Shown here: in pieces, positions 15,724 to 23,497 of the stretch
How the letters are laid out: each line of letters opens with the position of its first letter
How positions within the stretch are numbered: position 1 is the first letter of the stretch
Origin: Dehalococcoidia bacterium
Lineage (GTDB): Bacteria > Chloroflexota > Dehalococcoidia > Lucifugimonadales > UBA3495
Length of the DNA: 64,000 nt
Reading direction: 5' to 3'
NCBI GenBank assembly: GCA_965242615.1
Contig: CBDESR010000005.1
Coordinates: 646,854-710,853, forward strand
The notes under the pieces: model-generated
What the model saw: only the letters and a program-made list of their open reading frames with translations
What the model was told of the DNA's origin: nothing
The model's database searches: none
Position numbers and translations under genes: made by a program

Positions 15724-18504
15724 TTATTCCCCCACCGCCAGCTCCACCGACCAGGCCGGCGGTTCGCCGCTGACGAACTGCCCGGTTATAATGGCCGCTA
15801 TGGGGTAATCAGGCAATTTCACCGTGGCCATACACTTGCCATCGAAGTAAGCCCCGCGCCCGGCAAAGGCGAAGTCCCGGTTGTCCATCCCGTACTCTTG
15901 CCGTTCCGGGGGCAAATCCGCCGCGTCCGCCGGGATGATGTGCAGCAGAAACCGGGCGGCCGTGTCCCCCGCACTGCACTGCTCCCGGACATAGTGCAGT
16001 CTGTTATCCGCCCGGTACAGGTCAAAGACCCCGCTATAGGCCGGCGGTTCGGCGGTTACGGCGGCATAGGTTTCCCGATAATGTGCCGTCAAATCGGAGT
16101 GAAACTCGACCGTCCAGATTGGTTCCCCGGCGGCGCTCAGCTGCCCGCTGCGGACGGCGGCGATGGGATAGTCGGGCCGGCTGATCCGCGCCATGCACTT
16201 GCCGTCAAAGACCGCCCCATGCCGGTCAAAGTCAAAATCCCGATTCTCCGTGCCGTAAGTTCGCCGTTCCGGCGGCAAGTCCTGCGCGGTCAAAGGCGTA
16301 AAATGGAGAAAGAACCGCGCCGCCGTATCCGCCGCCGCGCACGATTTCTTGTGGTAATACAGCCCATCGTCCTTCAGGTATAAGTCAAAGACGCTCCGGG
16401 CGGCCGGCGGCTCGGCAGCTATTGCCGGAGCGACCGAACGGAAATAATCCGCTTTCCGGTCAATAGTATGTTCCCACACCGGCGGGCCGTGGTGGAGATA
16501 CTGGCCCGCGCTGATTTCCGCTATCGGGTAATCGTGTTCCGGCAAGGGAATGGACGACCAACAATAGTCCGCGAATACGAATCCGTCCCGGGTAAAGTCG
16601 AAGTCCACCGCTTGATAGCCGTCCGCCCGGCTTTCCGGCGGCAGTTCCCGCAGGTCCAGCGGCGTTACTTTCAGGAAAAGCTGTCCGCCAGCGTAGCGGT
16701 AAGGCTCCGGGATAATGCGCCCTCGCGTCGCATAGCCCCAAATAGCGCAGGGTTTCCGATGGTAATGCAGCGCGCCCTCCCGCAAATACAGGTCAAAGCC
16801 GGCCTGAGCCAGCGGCGCGCCGGCGGTAATGGCTTGATGTTCCTGTCGTAGCGCCGCCCACTGTTCCCGCAGCCAGCCGGTATCCCGCGCCAGACACACC
16901 ACCCGTTCGGGGGAGTTGGTAAGCGGGTCAAGACACTTCACCTTGCCCTCGGCCGCCCATTGCCGCAGGACTTCCTGTTGCAATGCCGGTTCCCGCGACC
17001 GGGGCGCTTCCACATTAAACCAGATACGCTGAACCTCCGGCAAATCCTGGAAAGTCGCTTTGACCGTTTCCTCCCGGCACCCGGCTGCCGATTCCCGGTG
17101 GCAGCGCCAGCGACGGTAGTGTCTCGGATTTTCCCGCAAATAGAACGCCCCCCGCCCATCCTCGCCGTAGTTGATATAGACCGCGTCAGCCGGGCCAAGA
17201 CGAGGAGCCAGGGCAGCGTAAAAGGCGGCCGTATCAACTCGATACTCCCGGCTGCCGGGATATTCCCGGCTTTCGCTGATGGCATAGGCCCCGGCCCCCA
17301 AGCTGACCAGGGTTAAGCCGGTCAGCAACGCCAGCCGGATCCCTTCCCGGCGCAGCCCCGCCGCCAGTTGGCTTGCCGTTCCATAAAAGGCCAATCCGGC
17401 GGCCAGAAAAATAATCGTCCCCCAGTAGCTCGCTTGCCGGATGCCGCCCAGAGGATACATACTCAGCAAAACGCCGGCTAGGGCAATGCCCAAGGAAAAC
17501 AAAGCCAGTATCAGCAGGGGGTGAAACCGCCGCCGCCTTACGGAAACCAGCAGGATTATCCCGAAAGCGATGACCGCCAAAGCCGCCACCACCGCCGGCA
17601 GTTGCCAGGACAGCAAATCCCAAAGCCGGGAGGCCGCAAAGGGCAAGGCGGCGCTCAGCGGATCATTGTCCGGGTCAAAGTAATGCGCCTTCAGGTAATC
17701 GTCCGCGCCCCAGCCGCCGGGCACCCATTGGTAACGCAGGCTAATCAGCCAGGTAGCCGCGCTGCCGGCCAGCAAAGCCGCCGCCGGCCAAAACCAATCA
17801 AGCCGCCGCCTCAGCCATCCCCAGATAGGGGCTTGCCCGGAACCGCCGCCGGAAACATCATCCCGGCAGCGGCGGGCAATGGCCGCCGTAGCCAAAACCG
17901 CCGACCCGTAAAGGGCTAACCCGTACAGCACCAGCGGCCCCAGAAACAGGGTTAGGCACAGCAGGGCTTTCCGTCTCGTCCGCAGATACAGCAATAGCCC
18001 GGCCGTCATTAACACTGCGACCAGGGTGTCCAACGAGTATTCTTGAGCGTCCCGGGCGTGTATCAGCGCCGGCAGGGAAATCGTCATCAACGCCGCCGCC
18101 AGGAAAGCAACCCACCGGGAAATCCCCAGCCGCGGCAACAGGAACAGCAGCGCGGCAATGGCCAAGACGCTGGCCGTCGCCGGAATAGCCCGAAGGATGA
18201 AAGGCGAGTCGGTTACCTCCTGCAATCCCCATAACAGCAGCGGGTGGATTACCGGCACCGAATCGAGATGCAGGTTGCCCACGAAATAGGGAAAAGAACC
18301 GATGCCAACGGAAACCGCTACATATTCGTCTTTGTATAGCGGGCTTGCCGCCAGGTCATAAAAACGCAGGCTGCTCGCGATCAGCAGCAGGCACACCGCC
18401 GCCGGGTAATAGCAATTGCCGCCCCGGCAGCGGAGACGCCGCCATAAGTCAGACGCCTTTTGCCGCCGGAATTCTCGGGGGGGGGGGGATTGCCGGTCGT
18501 ACAA
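15724..18504 (-). CDS. GT39/ArnT-like polytopic membrane glycosyltransferase with three C-terminal ~100-aa repeat domains (926 aa)
   Basis: N-terminus has TM1 followed by LRFYDLAASPLYKDE and about 12 further hydrophobic segments. The C-terminus has 3 repeats of FDLY..L.Y....C..DTAARF.LH..P...DLPPER..G..NRDF.F...G..FDGKCMA...PDYPIA. Start is TTG, with GAGG about 10 nt upstream. Confidence 0.7.
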   Translation of the reverse strand: MYDRQSPPPREFRRQKASDLWRRLRCRGGNCYYPAAVCLLLIASSLRFYDLAASPLYKDEYVAVSVGIGSFPYFVGNLHLDSVPVIHPLLLWGLQEVTDSPFILRAIPATASVLAIAALLFLLPRLGISRWVAFLAAALMTISLPALIHARDAQEYSLDTLVAVLMTAGLLLYLRTRRKALLCLTLFLGPLVLYGLALYGSAVLATAAIARRCRDDVSGGGSGQAPIWGWLRRRLDWFWPAAALLAGSAATWLISLRYQWVPGGWGADDYLKAHYFDPDNDPLSAALPFAASRLWDLLSWQLPAVVAALAVIAFGIILLVSVRRRRFHPLLILALFSLGIALAGVLLSMYPLGGIRQASYWGTIIFLAAGLAFYGTASQLAAGLRREGIRLALLTGLTLVSLGAGAYAISESREYPGSREYRVDTAAFYAALAPRLGPADAVYINYGEDGRGAFYLRENPRHYRRWRCHRESAAGCREETVKATFQDLPEVQRIWFNVEAPRSREPALQQEVLRQWAAEGKVKCLDPLTNSPERVVCLARDTGWLREQWAALRQEHQAITAGAPLAQAGFDLYLREGALHYHRKPCAIWGYATRGRIIPEPYRYAGGQLFLKVTPLDLRELPPESRADGYQAVDFDFTRDGFVFADYCWSSIPLPEHDYPIAEISAGQYLHHGPPVWEHTIDRKADYFRSVAPAIAAEPPAARSVFDLYLKDDGLYYHKKSCAAADTAARFFLHFTPLTAQDLPPERRTYGTENRDFDFDRHGAVFDGKCMARISRPDYPIAAVRSGQLSAAGEPIWTVEFHSDLTAHYRETYAAVTAEPPAYSGVFDLYRADNRLHYVREQCSAGDTAARFLLHIIPADAADLPPERQEYGMDNRDFAFAGRGAYFDGKCMATVKLPDYPIAAIITGQFVSGEPPAWSVELAVGE
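18477..18488 (-). repeat. C12 homopolymer (G12 on the plus strand) at codons 6-10 of the GT39-like gene
   Basis: Counted directly: 4 G at 18477-18480 plus 8 G at 18481-18488. The coding strand reads TCC CCC CCC CCC CGA (SPPPR). Confidence 0.95.
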
Positions 18505-18784
18505 GTCGTTGTCACCTCGCCCGCGCCTCCCGCCGGCGCCGGCATCCGGTTAAAAGCAAATTTTGGAAAATAAGGCAGCAAAGCGGCGTCAGTCTAACAC
18601 CCCGGGGAAAAGGCAGCAAGCCTTTGCCAGCCGGGTTCCGGGGTCTTTTAATTGTTAGAAACTCCCCGGGAAATCTGCTTGCGGTGAACTTACCGCAACA
18701 CTGCCTTGCTCTTTCAACTGGCACCGGTTGTGAGGGAATACCAGCGTCGGTACGGACAATTAAAAGGCCCTGGTATTGAGTCGG

Positions 18785-18813
18785 CCGCCCCTTTTCACGG
18801 GGGGCGGTTTTTT
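18785..18813 (+). terminator. Intrinsic terminator upstream of the purA promoter
   Basis: CCGCCCC-(loop)-GGGGCGG followed by TTTTTT, then TATACT. Confidence 0.5.
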
Positions 18814-18886
18814 GTTATACTAGCCGCCGGTGTTTTGCCGCCGGCCGGTTTTCGGCCGGCCCAGGTTTTGTTATGTAAAGGGGGGA

Positions 18887-20176
18887 ATGATGCCGGCTTA
18901 TGCCGTGATTGGCGGACAATGGGGCGATGAGGGTAAGGGCAAGGTGATTGATTACCTGGCCGGGGGGGTGGCCGCCGTGGTTCGCTATGCCGGCGGGAAT
19001 AACGCCGGCCATACGGTAGTCAACGACCGGGGGGAGTTTCAGCTGCATCTGGTACCCTCGGGCATTTGCTGGCCGGAGGTGTACGGGATTATCGGCAACG
19101 GCGTGGTGGTGGATCCGGAGGCGCTGCTGGGGGAGCTGCACGGCTTGGCGGAGCGGGATATTGACCTCAGCCGGCTGCGGGTCAGCGAGCGGGCTCATGT
19201 GATTATGCCGTACCATATAGTCCTGGACGGGCTGGAGGAGGCGGCCAAGGGGGAGGCGGCGATTGGCACGACGGGCCGGGGCATCGGGCCAACTTATGTG
19301 GATAAGGCGGCGCGCACCGGGATTCGGGTGGGGGATTTGCTGCGGCCGGAGTCGCTGCGGCCGCGTCTGGAGCAGGCGTTGGCGTTCAAGAACCGGCTGA
19401 TTACGCAAATCTATGGCGGCGATGCGCTGGAGGTGGGGGAGGTTTTGGCGCAGGCGCTGGATTGGGGCAATCGGCTGCGGCCCTATGTGGGGGCAACGGA
19501 GCAGTTGGTGCAGGATTTGCTGGAGCAGGGGCGGAATGTGCTGCTGGAGGGGGCGCAGGGTACGCTGCTGGATGTGGACCATGGCTCCTATCCTTATGTT
19601 ACTTCGTCGTCGCCGTCGATTGGGGGGGCTTGCACCGGGTTGGGGTTGAATCCGCAAGCCGTGACTGGCGTGTTGGGGGTTTATAAAGCCTATTCCACGC
19701 GGGTCGGCGGCGGGCCGATGCCTACGGAATTGGACGATTCGACCGGCGTGGAATTGCGGGAGACGGGGCAGGAGTATGGGGTTACGACCGGCCGGGCGCG
19801 GCGGGTGGGCTGGTTTGACGGGGTGGCGGGCCGCTATAGTCAGCAGATTAACGGTTTTACCGGGATGGTGCTGACCCGGCTGGATATTCTGGACGGGTTT
19901 GACACGGTTAAGATTTGCGTTGGGTATCGGGTTGAGGGGCGGGAGGTGAGTCGGTTTCCGTCGGATACGCGGGTTTTGGAGCAGTGCGCGCCGGTGTATG
20001 AGGAGCTGGCGGGTTGGGCGGAGCCGACGGCGCGGGTGCGGGAATGGGCGGATTTGCCGGGGAATGCGCGGGCGTATGTGCGGCGGATTGAGGAGTTGGT
20101 GGGCTGCCGGGCGCAGTTGATTTCGACGGGGCCGCGGCGGGAGGAGACGATTTTGGTGGCGCCGGTTATTGGGTAG
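18887..20176 (+). CDS. purA: Adenylosuccinate synthase
   Basis: MMPAYAVIGGQWGDEGKGKVIDYLA.., GNNAGHT, TTGRGIGPTY, YGVTTGRARR. Confidence 0.95.
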   Translation: MMPAYAVIGGQWGDEGKGKVIDYLAGGVAAVVRYAGGNNAGHTVVNDRGEFQLHLVPSGICWPEVYGIIGNGVVVDPEALLGELHGLAERDIDLSRLRVSERAHVIMPYHIVLDGLEEAAKGEAAIGTTGRGIGPTYVDKAARTGIRVGDLLRPESLRPRLEQALAFKNRLITQIYGGDALEVGEVLAQALDWGNRLRPYVGATEQLVQDLLEQGRNVLLEGAQGTLLDVDHGSYPYVTSSSPSIGGACTGLGLNPQAVTGVLGVYKAYSTRVGGGPMPTELDDSTGVELRETGQEYGVTTGRARRVGWFDGVAGRYSQQINGFTGMVLTRLDILDGFDTVKICVGYRVEGREVSRFPSDTRVLEQCAPVYEELAGWAEPTARVREWADLPGNARAYVRRIEELVGCRAQLISTGPRREETILVAPVIG

Positions 20177-20182
20177 GGGATT

Positions 20183-20404
20183 ATGGAGCAGAGCAGGCAG
20201 TTCGGGATTTATCTTAATCCGGCGGAGGGGTTGGCGGTGCGGATTAGTTCGCCGTATTGGTGGCCGGAGGCGCCGCAGTGGGTTTTTTTGACGGGGGAGG
20301 TGAATGCGAGTTTGCGGCGGGTGCGGGAGTTGGCAGGGGAGCGGGGGTTGAGCGCTGAGCCGGAGGGTATTGGGTGGGGGCGGATGCCGTTGGCGGGGGA
20401 GTAG
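20183..20404 (+). CDS. Hypothetical small protein (73 aa)
   Basis: ORF starts 6 nt after purA and is followed by a clean terminator. No recognisable motif. Confidence 0.45.
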   Translation: MEQSRQFGIYLNPAEGLAVRISSPYWWPEAPQWVFLTGEVNASLRRVRELAGERGLSAEPEGIGWGRMPLAGE

Positions 20405-20414
20405 TTGATTTGGG

Positions 20415-20445
20415 GGCGGGTTCTTGAGGGAACCCGCCTTTTTTT
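20415..20445 (+). terminator. Intrinsic terminator
   Basis: GGCGGGTT-CTTGAGGG-AACCCGCC followed by TTTTTTT. Confidence 0.8.
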
Positions 20446-20456
20446 GTTGGGGCGGT

Positions 20457-20837
20457 TTAGGAGTTGGCAGCGGCGGGTTGGGGGAGGAGGTCGCGGAGGT
20501 CGATGTCTAGTTTTTGGTGGAGGGCGTTGGCGATTTGGGGGGTGATTTCCTGCTGGCCGGCGAGGATGGCGGCGGCGAGTTCCCGGCTGCCGAGGGCCGG
20601 GAGGAGGTCGTCGAGGGTCATCAGGGCTTGGTCCATACGGAACTCGAGGGCGGCCAGGGGGGTGGGCAAGGGGATGGGGTAGTGGATGTCCTCGTAGGCT
20701 TCGACGACGGCGACCAAGGCCCGCATTTCGTCCCTTTCCGGGGTGCCGGGTTTGGAGTCGAAGAGTTCCCAGATGCGGGCCAGGGCGTGGTCGAGATCCG
20801 CATCGTTTTCGAGGGGCGGGAGTTGGATTTTTGCCAT
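20457..20837 (-). CDS. higA: HigA-like HTH antitoxin (COG5499 type), array unit 1
   Basis: MAKIQLPPLENDADLDHALARIWELFDSKPGTPERDE..VEAYEDIHYPIP. The start lies 2 nt after the higB stop. Confidence 0.75.
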   Translation of the reverse strand: MAKIQLPPLENDADLDHALARIWELFDSKPGTPERDEMRALVAVVEAYEDIHYPIPLPTPLAALEFRMDQALMTLDDLLPALGSRELAAAILAGQQEITPQIANALHQKLDIDLRDLLPQPAAANS

Positions 20838-20839
20838 GG

Positions 20840-21133
20840 CTAGACCTCCAGGGCGTTGATGCGGTCGTACTGGGCGTGGGTGCCGACGAAGCGGATGAAA
20901 ACTACTTCGTCGGTATAGTCGATGCGAACTACCAAGCGGTACTGGTTGCCGCGGATGCGAAAAACTGCCTGGTTGTGGCTGAGGATGCTGGCGTCGGCGT
21001 AATGGGAGCGTACTTCGGCCGGGGTGGTCCAGTGGACCCGCCGAACGGTGCGGTACCATTCGTCGAGGGCGGGTTCGGCGTCCCGGTGGCGTTCCCAGAA
21101 TTCGCGCAGGGTTCTTTTGGATAGGATGTGCAT
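20840..21133 (-). CDS. higB: HigB-family type II toxin (mRNA interferase, COG4680 type), unit 1
   Basis: MHILSKRTLREFWERH.DAE..L..WY......W..PAEV......ASIL..N.AVF.I.GN.YRLVV.I.Y....V.IRFVGTHAQYDRI. Confidence 0.85.
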   Translation of the reverse strand: MHILSKRTLREFWERHRDAEPALDEWYRTVRRVHWTTPAEVRSHYADASILSHNQAVFRIRGNQYRLVVRIDYTDEVVFIRFVGTHAQYDRINALEV

Positions 21134-21173
21134 AGGCTCCGGTCAGGGGTTTCTGGGGATGGGGGGGATTATA

Positions 21174-21545
21174 CTATAACGGGGCGGGTTGGGGGAGGAG
21201 GTCGCGGAGGTCGATGTCTAGTTTTTGGTGGAGGGCTGCGGCGATTTGGGGGGTGATTTCCTGCTGGCCGGCGAGGATGGCGGCGGCGAGTTCCCGGCTG
21301 CCGAGGGCCGGGAGTAGGTCGTCGAGGGTGAGATGCCATTGGTCAATCCAGAATTCGAGGGCGCCCAGGGGGGTGGGCAGGGGGATGGGGTAGTGGATGT
21401 CCTCGTAAGCGAGGATGAGTTCGACCAGGAGGTCGTGTTCGGCGTCCTCGGGGGTGCCGGGTTCGGAGTCGAAGATTTCCCAGAGGCGGTCGAGGGCGCG
21501 GTCGTAGTCCTGTTCGGTTTGGAGGGTTTGCCATTGGGTTTGCAT
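21174..21545 (-). CDS. higA: HigA-like HTH antitoxin, unit 2
   Basis: The C-terminal about 50 aa are near-identical to unit 1 (LDDLLPALGSRELAAAILAGQQEITPQIA.ALHQKLDIDLRDLLPQPA). The N-terminus has diverged. Confidence 0.75.
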   Translation of the reverse strand: MQTQWQTLQTEQDYDRALDRLWEIFDSEPGTPEDAEHDLLVELILAYEDIHYPIPLPTPLGALEFWIDQWHLTLDDLLPALGSRELAAAILAGQQEITPQIAAALHQKLDIDLRDLLPQPAPL

Positions 21546-21547
21546 TG

Positions 21548-21841
21548 CTAGACCTCCGCGGCGTTGATGCGGTCGTACTGGGCGTGGGTGCCGACGAAGC
21601 GGATATAGACTTCGCCCCGGTGATATTTCACCAGCACGATCAGGCGGTATTGGTTGCCTTTGATGTTGAATACTACGCGGTTGTTCCGGAGGATGCTGGC
21701 GTCGGGGTAACGGGAGCGGATGTCGGACGGGGTGGTCCAGCGGGCCCGCTGGACGGTGCGATGCCATTCGTCCAAGGGGTCGGCGGCATCCGGATAGCGT
21801 TCCCAGAATTCGCGCAGGGTTCTTTTGGATAGGATGTGCAT
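21548..21841 (-). CDS. higB: HigB-family toxin, unit 2
   Basis: MHILSKRTLREFWERYPDAADPLDEWHRTV...IRFVGTHAQYDRINAAEV. Confidence 0.85.
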   Translation of the reverse strand: MHILSKRTLREFWERYPDAADPLDEWHRTVQRARWTTPSDIRSRYPDASILRNNRVVFNIKGNQYRLIVLVKYHRGEVYIRFVGTHAQYDRINAAEV

Positions 21842-21971
21842 AGGCCTCAGCCGGAGTTTCCGGGTGTTGGGGTGATTATACTATAACGGGGCGGGTTGGG
21901 GGAATGGGGGCAAGGGCCGGGGATAGCGATATTCGGCGAAGCGGCGATGGCGGCTCAGGCAAAGGGAGGTG

Positions 21972-23099
21972 TTACGGTTCGGGCCAGCCGGCGGGGGGTT
22001 CGCCGGCGGCCAGGGCGGCGGTGATTTTGGCGGCGGCTTCGGGAGTAACCCATTCCCGCCAAAGGGTTGGGTAGTTGTTCAGCCACCAGAGGGCGGTGTC
22101 GTTAAGGTCAGCCCACGGGTTGGCGTGCTGCCAGCGGGTGGCGGGTTTAAGGGCCGCGTCGATATTGAATTCCCACTTACGCAGCATAGCCGCTATTTCT
22201 GGGTACCGGCCGGGCAGTCCGGCATTGACCCCGATAACGATAGTAGCGTCCTGATAGGCGCAAGCCCTGGTGGTGAGCCAGCAGGAATCGCGGTATGCCG
22301 GCTCCTCAAGGCGTACTAAATCGAGCAGCAGGGGCGGGTCGTTAGTTCCCCATTGGTAGCCCAGCCAGGGTTGACGCCGGGCGTAGGCGTCGTAGAGGTC
22401 GGCGTTTAAGGCGGCGGCATCGTCGGGGTGGATGATTTGGATATGGTCGGCCAAGCCGTAGCCATAAACTTGCGCGGCGTTCACTTCCGCGCAGGGCCAA
22501 CCGATAACGCAGGACATCAGGCGCGCTTTGCCGGCGGTTTCGGGGGTGGCGAATAGGGCTTGGTAAAAGGGATTGCGGAGGTCAGCGATATGGTCTAACT
22601 CGGGATACTGCTCTTGCAGGTAGGCCGGAATGACGAAGGCGGACTGCCAGTCGCGGCTGAGGCTGGCGCCGAGGGAGATGACTTCGCCGGCTTGGGTGGC
22701 TTCCTGCCAGATTTCGGACTGGTTGGGCAGCCAGACTTCCATCAGCACGTCGATGTCGTCCCCCCGCATAAAGTAGAACAAAGGATGAGCAGCGCCGAAC
22801 CGGACGGAGGTGGAGTAGTCGTAGCCTTTTTCGACGATATATTGGGCGATGCGGTTTTGGAGTTGGGCGGAGTTCCAGTTGAGGTCGCCGAAGGTGATAG
22901 GTTCTTTTGGCGCTGGGGGAAGTACCGGGATTATTGGGGCTGGCTCCGGGGTTGGCGTTGAAGTAGGGGTAGGCACTGGCGCTGGAGGGGCAGTCGGCGC
23001 TATAGCCGTGGCGGTGGGTTCGGGCTGCCGGCAGCCGAGGGCCGCGAGCAAGGCTACCGCTAGGCAGATGCAGGGCAAAAGGCTGCGGAGGGGGGGCAT
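21972..23099 (-). CDS. Glycine-betaine/osmoprotectant ABC transporter substrate-binding lipoprotein (OpuAC-like); no permease or ATPase nearby
   Basis: Lipobox LAALGC. ITFGDLNWNSAQLQNRIAQYIVEKGYGY-type N-lobe, VLMEVWLPNQ. Confidence 0.7.
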   Translation of the reverse strand: MPPLRSLLPCICLAVALLAALGCRQPEPTATAIAPTAPPAPVPTPTSTPTPEPAPIIPVLPPAPKEPITFGDLNWNSAQLQNRIAQYIVEKGYDYSTSVRFGAAHPLFYFMRGDDIDVLMEVWLPNQSEIWQEATQAGEVISLGASLSRDWQSAFVIPAYLQEQYPELDHIADLRNPFYQALFATPETAGKARLMSCVIGWPCAEVNAAQVYGYGLADHIQIIHPDDAAALNADLYDAYARRQPWLGYQWGTNDPPLLLDLVRLEEPAYRDSCWLTTRACAYQDATIVIGVNAGLPGRYPEIAAMLRKWEFNIDAALKPATRWQHANPWADLNDTALWWLNNYPTLWREWVTPEAAAKITAALAAGEPPAGWPEP

Positions 23100-23138
23100 G
23101 GGTATGGCACTCCTGGCGGGGTGGGAGGTTAGGGCGTG

Positions 23139-23167
23139 TGGACAATTACTTTCCTTTGGGCTATACT
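23139..23167 (+). promoter_or_regulatory. Sigma70-like promoter facing the non-coding region. Its -10 lies in a palindrome that also gives TATAGT on the minus strand, towards opuAC.
   Basis: TGGACA (23139-23144), 17-nt spacer, TATACT (23162-23167). TATACTATAGTA is self-complementary. Confidence 0.4.
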
Positions 23168-23174
23168 ATAGTAG

Positions 23175-23441
23175 CAGTATCTGGTGGAAAACGATTTCAG
23201 CGACTTGAAACAGTTCCGGGGCATTGCTTGCCGCTAGGCTAAACTGGCAGCCAGTTACGCCGGAATGGTTAGCCTAGTCGCTTGGCTCCTGAGAACGAAG
23301 CCGAACCAGCGGCAGGCAGCGGAGTATCCAAAGGCCACGGCGGTTGCCTGAGTCTATTGTCCACACGCCTTAGATTCCTCCCTGCGGTCGGAAGGACCTA
23401 GCTGGTTGGCGGCCGCTTTTCAGCATACTACAGAATAACCA
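23175..23441 (+). ncRNA. Candidate structured non-coding RNA (about 270-300 nt) of unknown class; strand uncertain
   Basis: No ORF of 60 aa or more. Bounded by the promoter and the terminator. Nested hairpins include CTAGGCTAA..TTAGCCTAG, ACTGG-CAG-CCAGT and CAGGCA..TGCCTG. I recognised no Rfam family. Confidence 0.3.
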
Positions 23442-23476
23442 ATACGCCCCGGCATTGGAATGCCGGGGCGTATTTT
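23442..23476. terminator. Bidirectional intrinsic terminator
   Basis: A 13-15 bp stem, ATACGCCCCGGCA..TGCCGGGGCGTAT, is flanked by AA upstream and TTTT downstream on the plus strand. On the minus strand TGGTTATT follows. It sits 22 nt after the minus-strand glcG-like gene. Confidence 0.7.
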
Positions 23477-23497
23477 GCTGGGGTGTAGGGTCGGGTG

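Noticed and set aside
18600-18886. Purine or ZTP (pfl) riboswitch upstream of purA
   Set aside because: The ACTGGC..CCGG fragment is present, but the conserved CCGCCTGGGC 3' subdomain of ZTP is not, and neither is the purine-aptamer loop-loop consensus. In addition, the terminator precedes the apparent purA promoter.
23090-23096. G7/C7 runs (23090-23096 at the opuAC start; also 21150s, 58631-58637) and T7 runs (20283-20289, 20439-20445) as phase-variation tracts
   Set aside because: Seven-nucleotide runs are common in this composition, and several are terminator tails or fall in non-critical positions. Only the 12-nt tract at 18477-18488 stands out.
23175-23441. Known RNA classes for the opuAC-proximal element: glycine riboswitch (minus strand has ACCGCAGGGAGGAA ... 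CTCAGGCAAC), SRP RNA (GGTCGGAAGGACC), RNase P, tmRNA, cobalamin riboswitch
   Set aside because: Only short partial resemblances were found. The GGAGAG/P1 elements of the glycine aptamer, the SRP domain IV GGAA tetraloop context, the RNase P GGAAAGTCCGG box and the tmRNA acceptor/T-arm are all absent.
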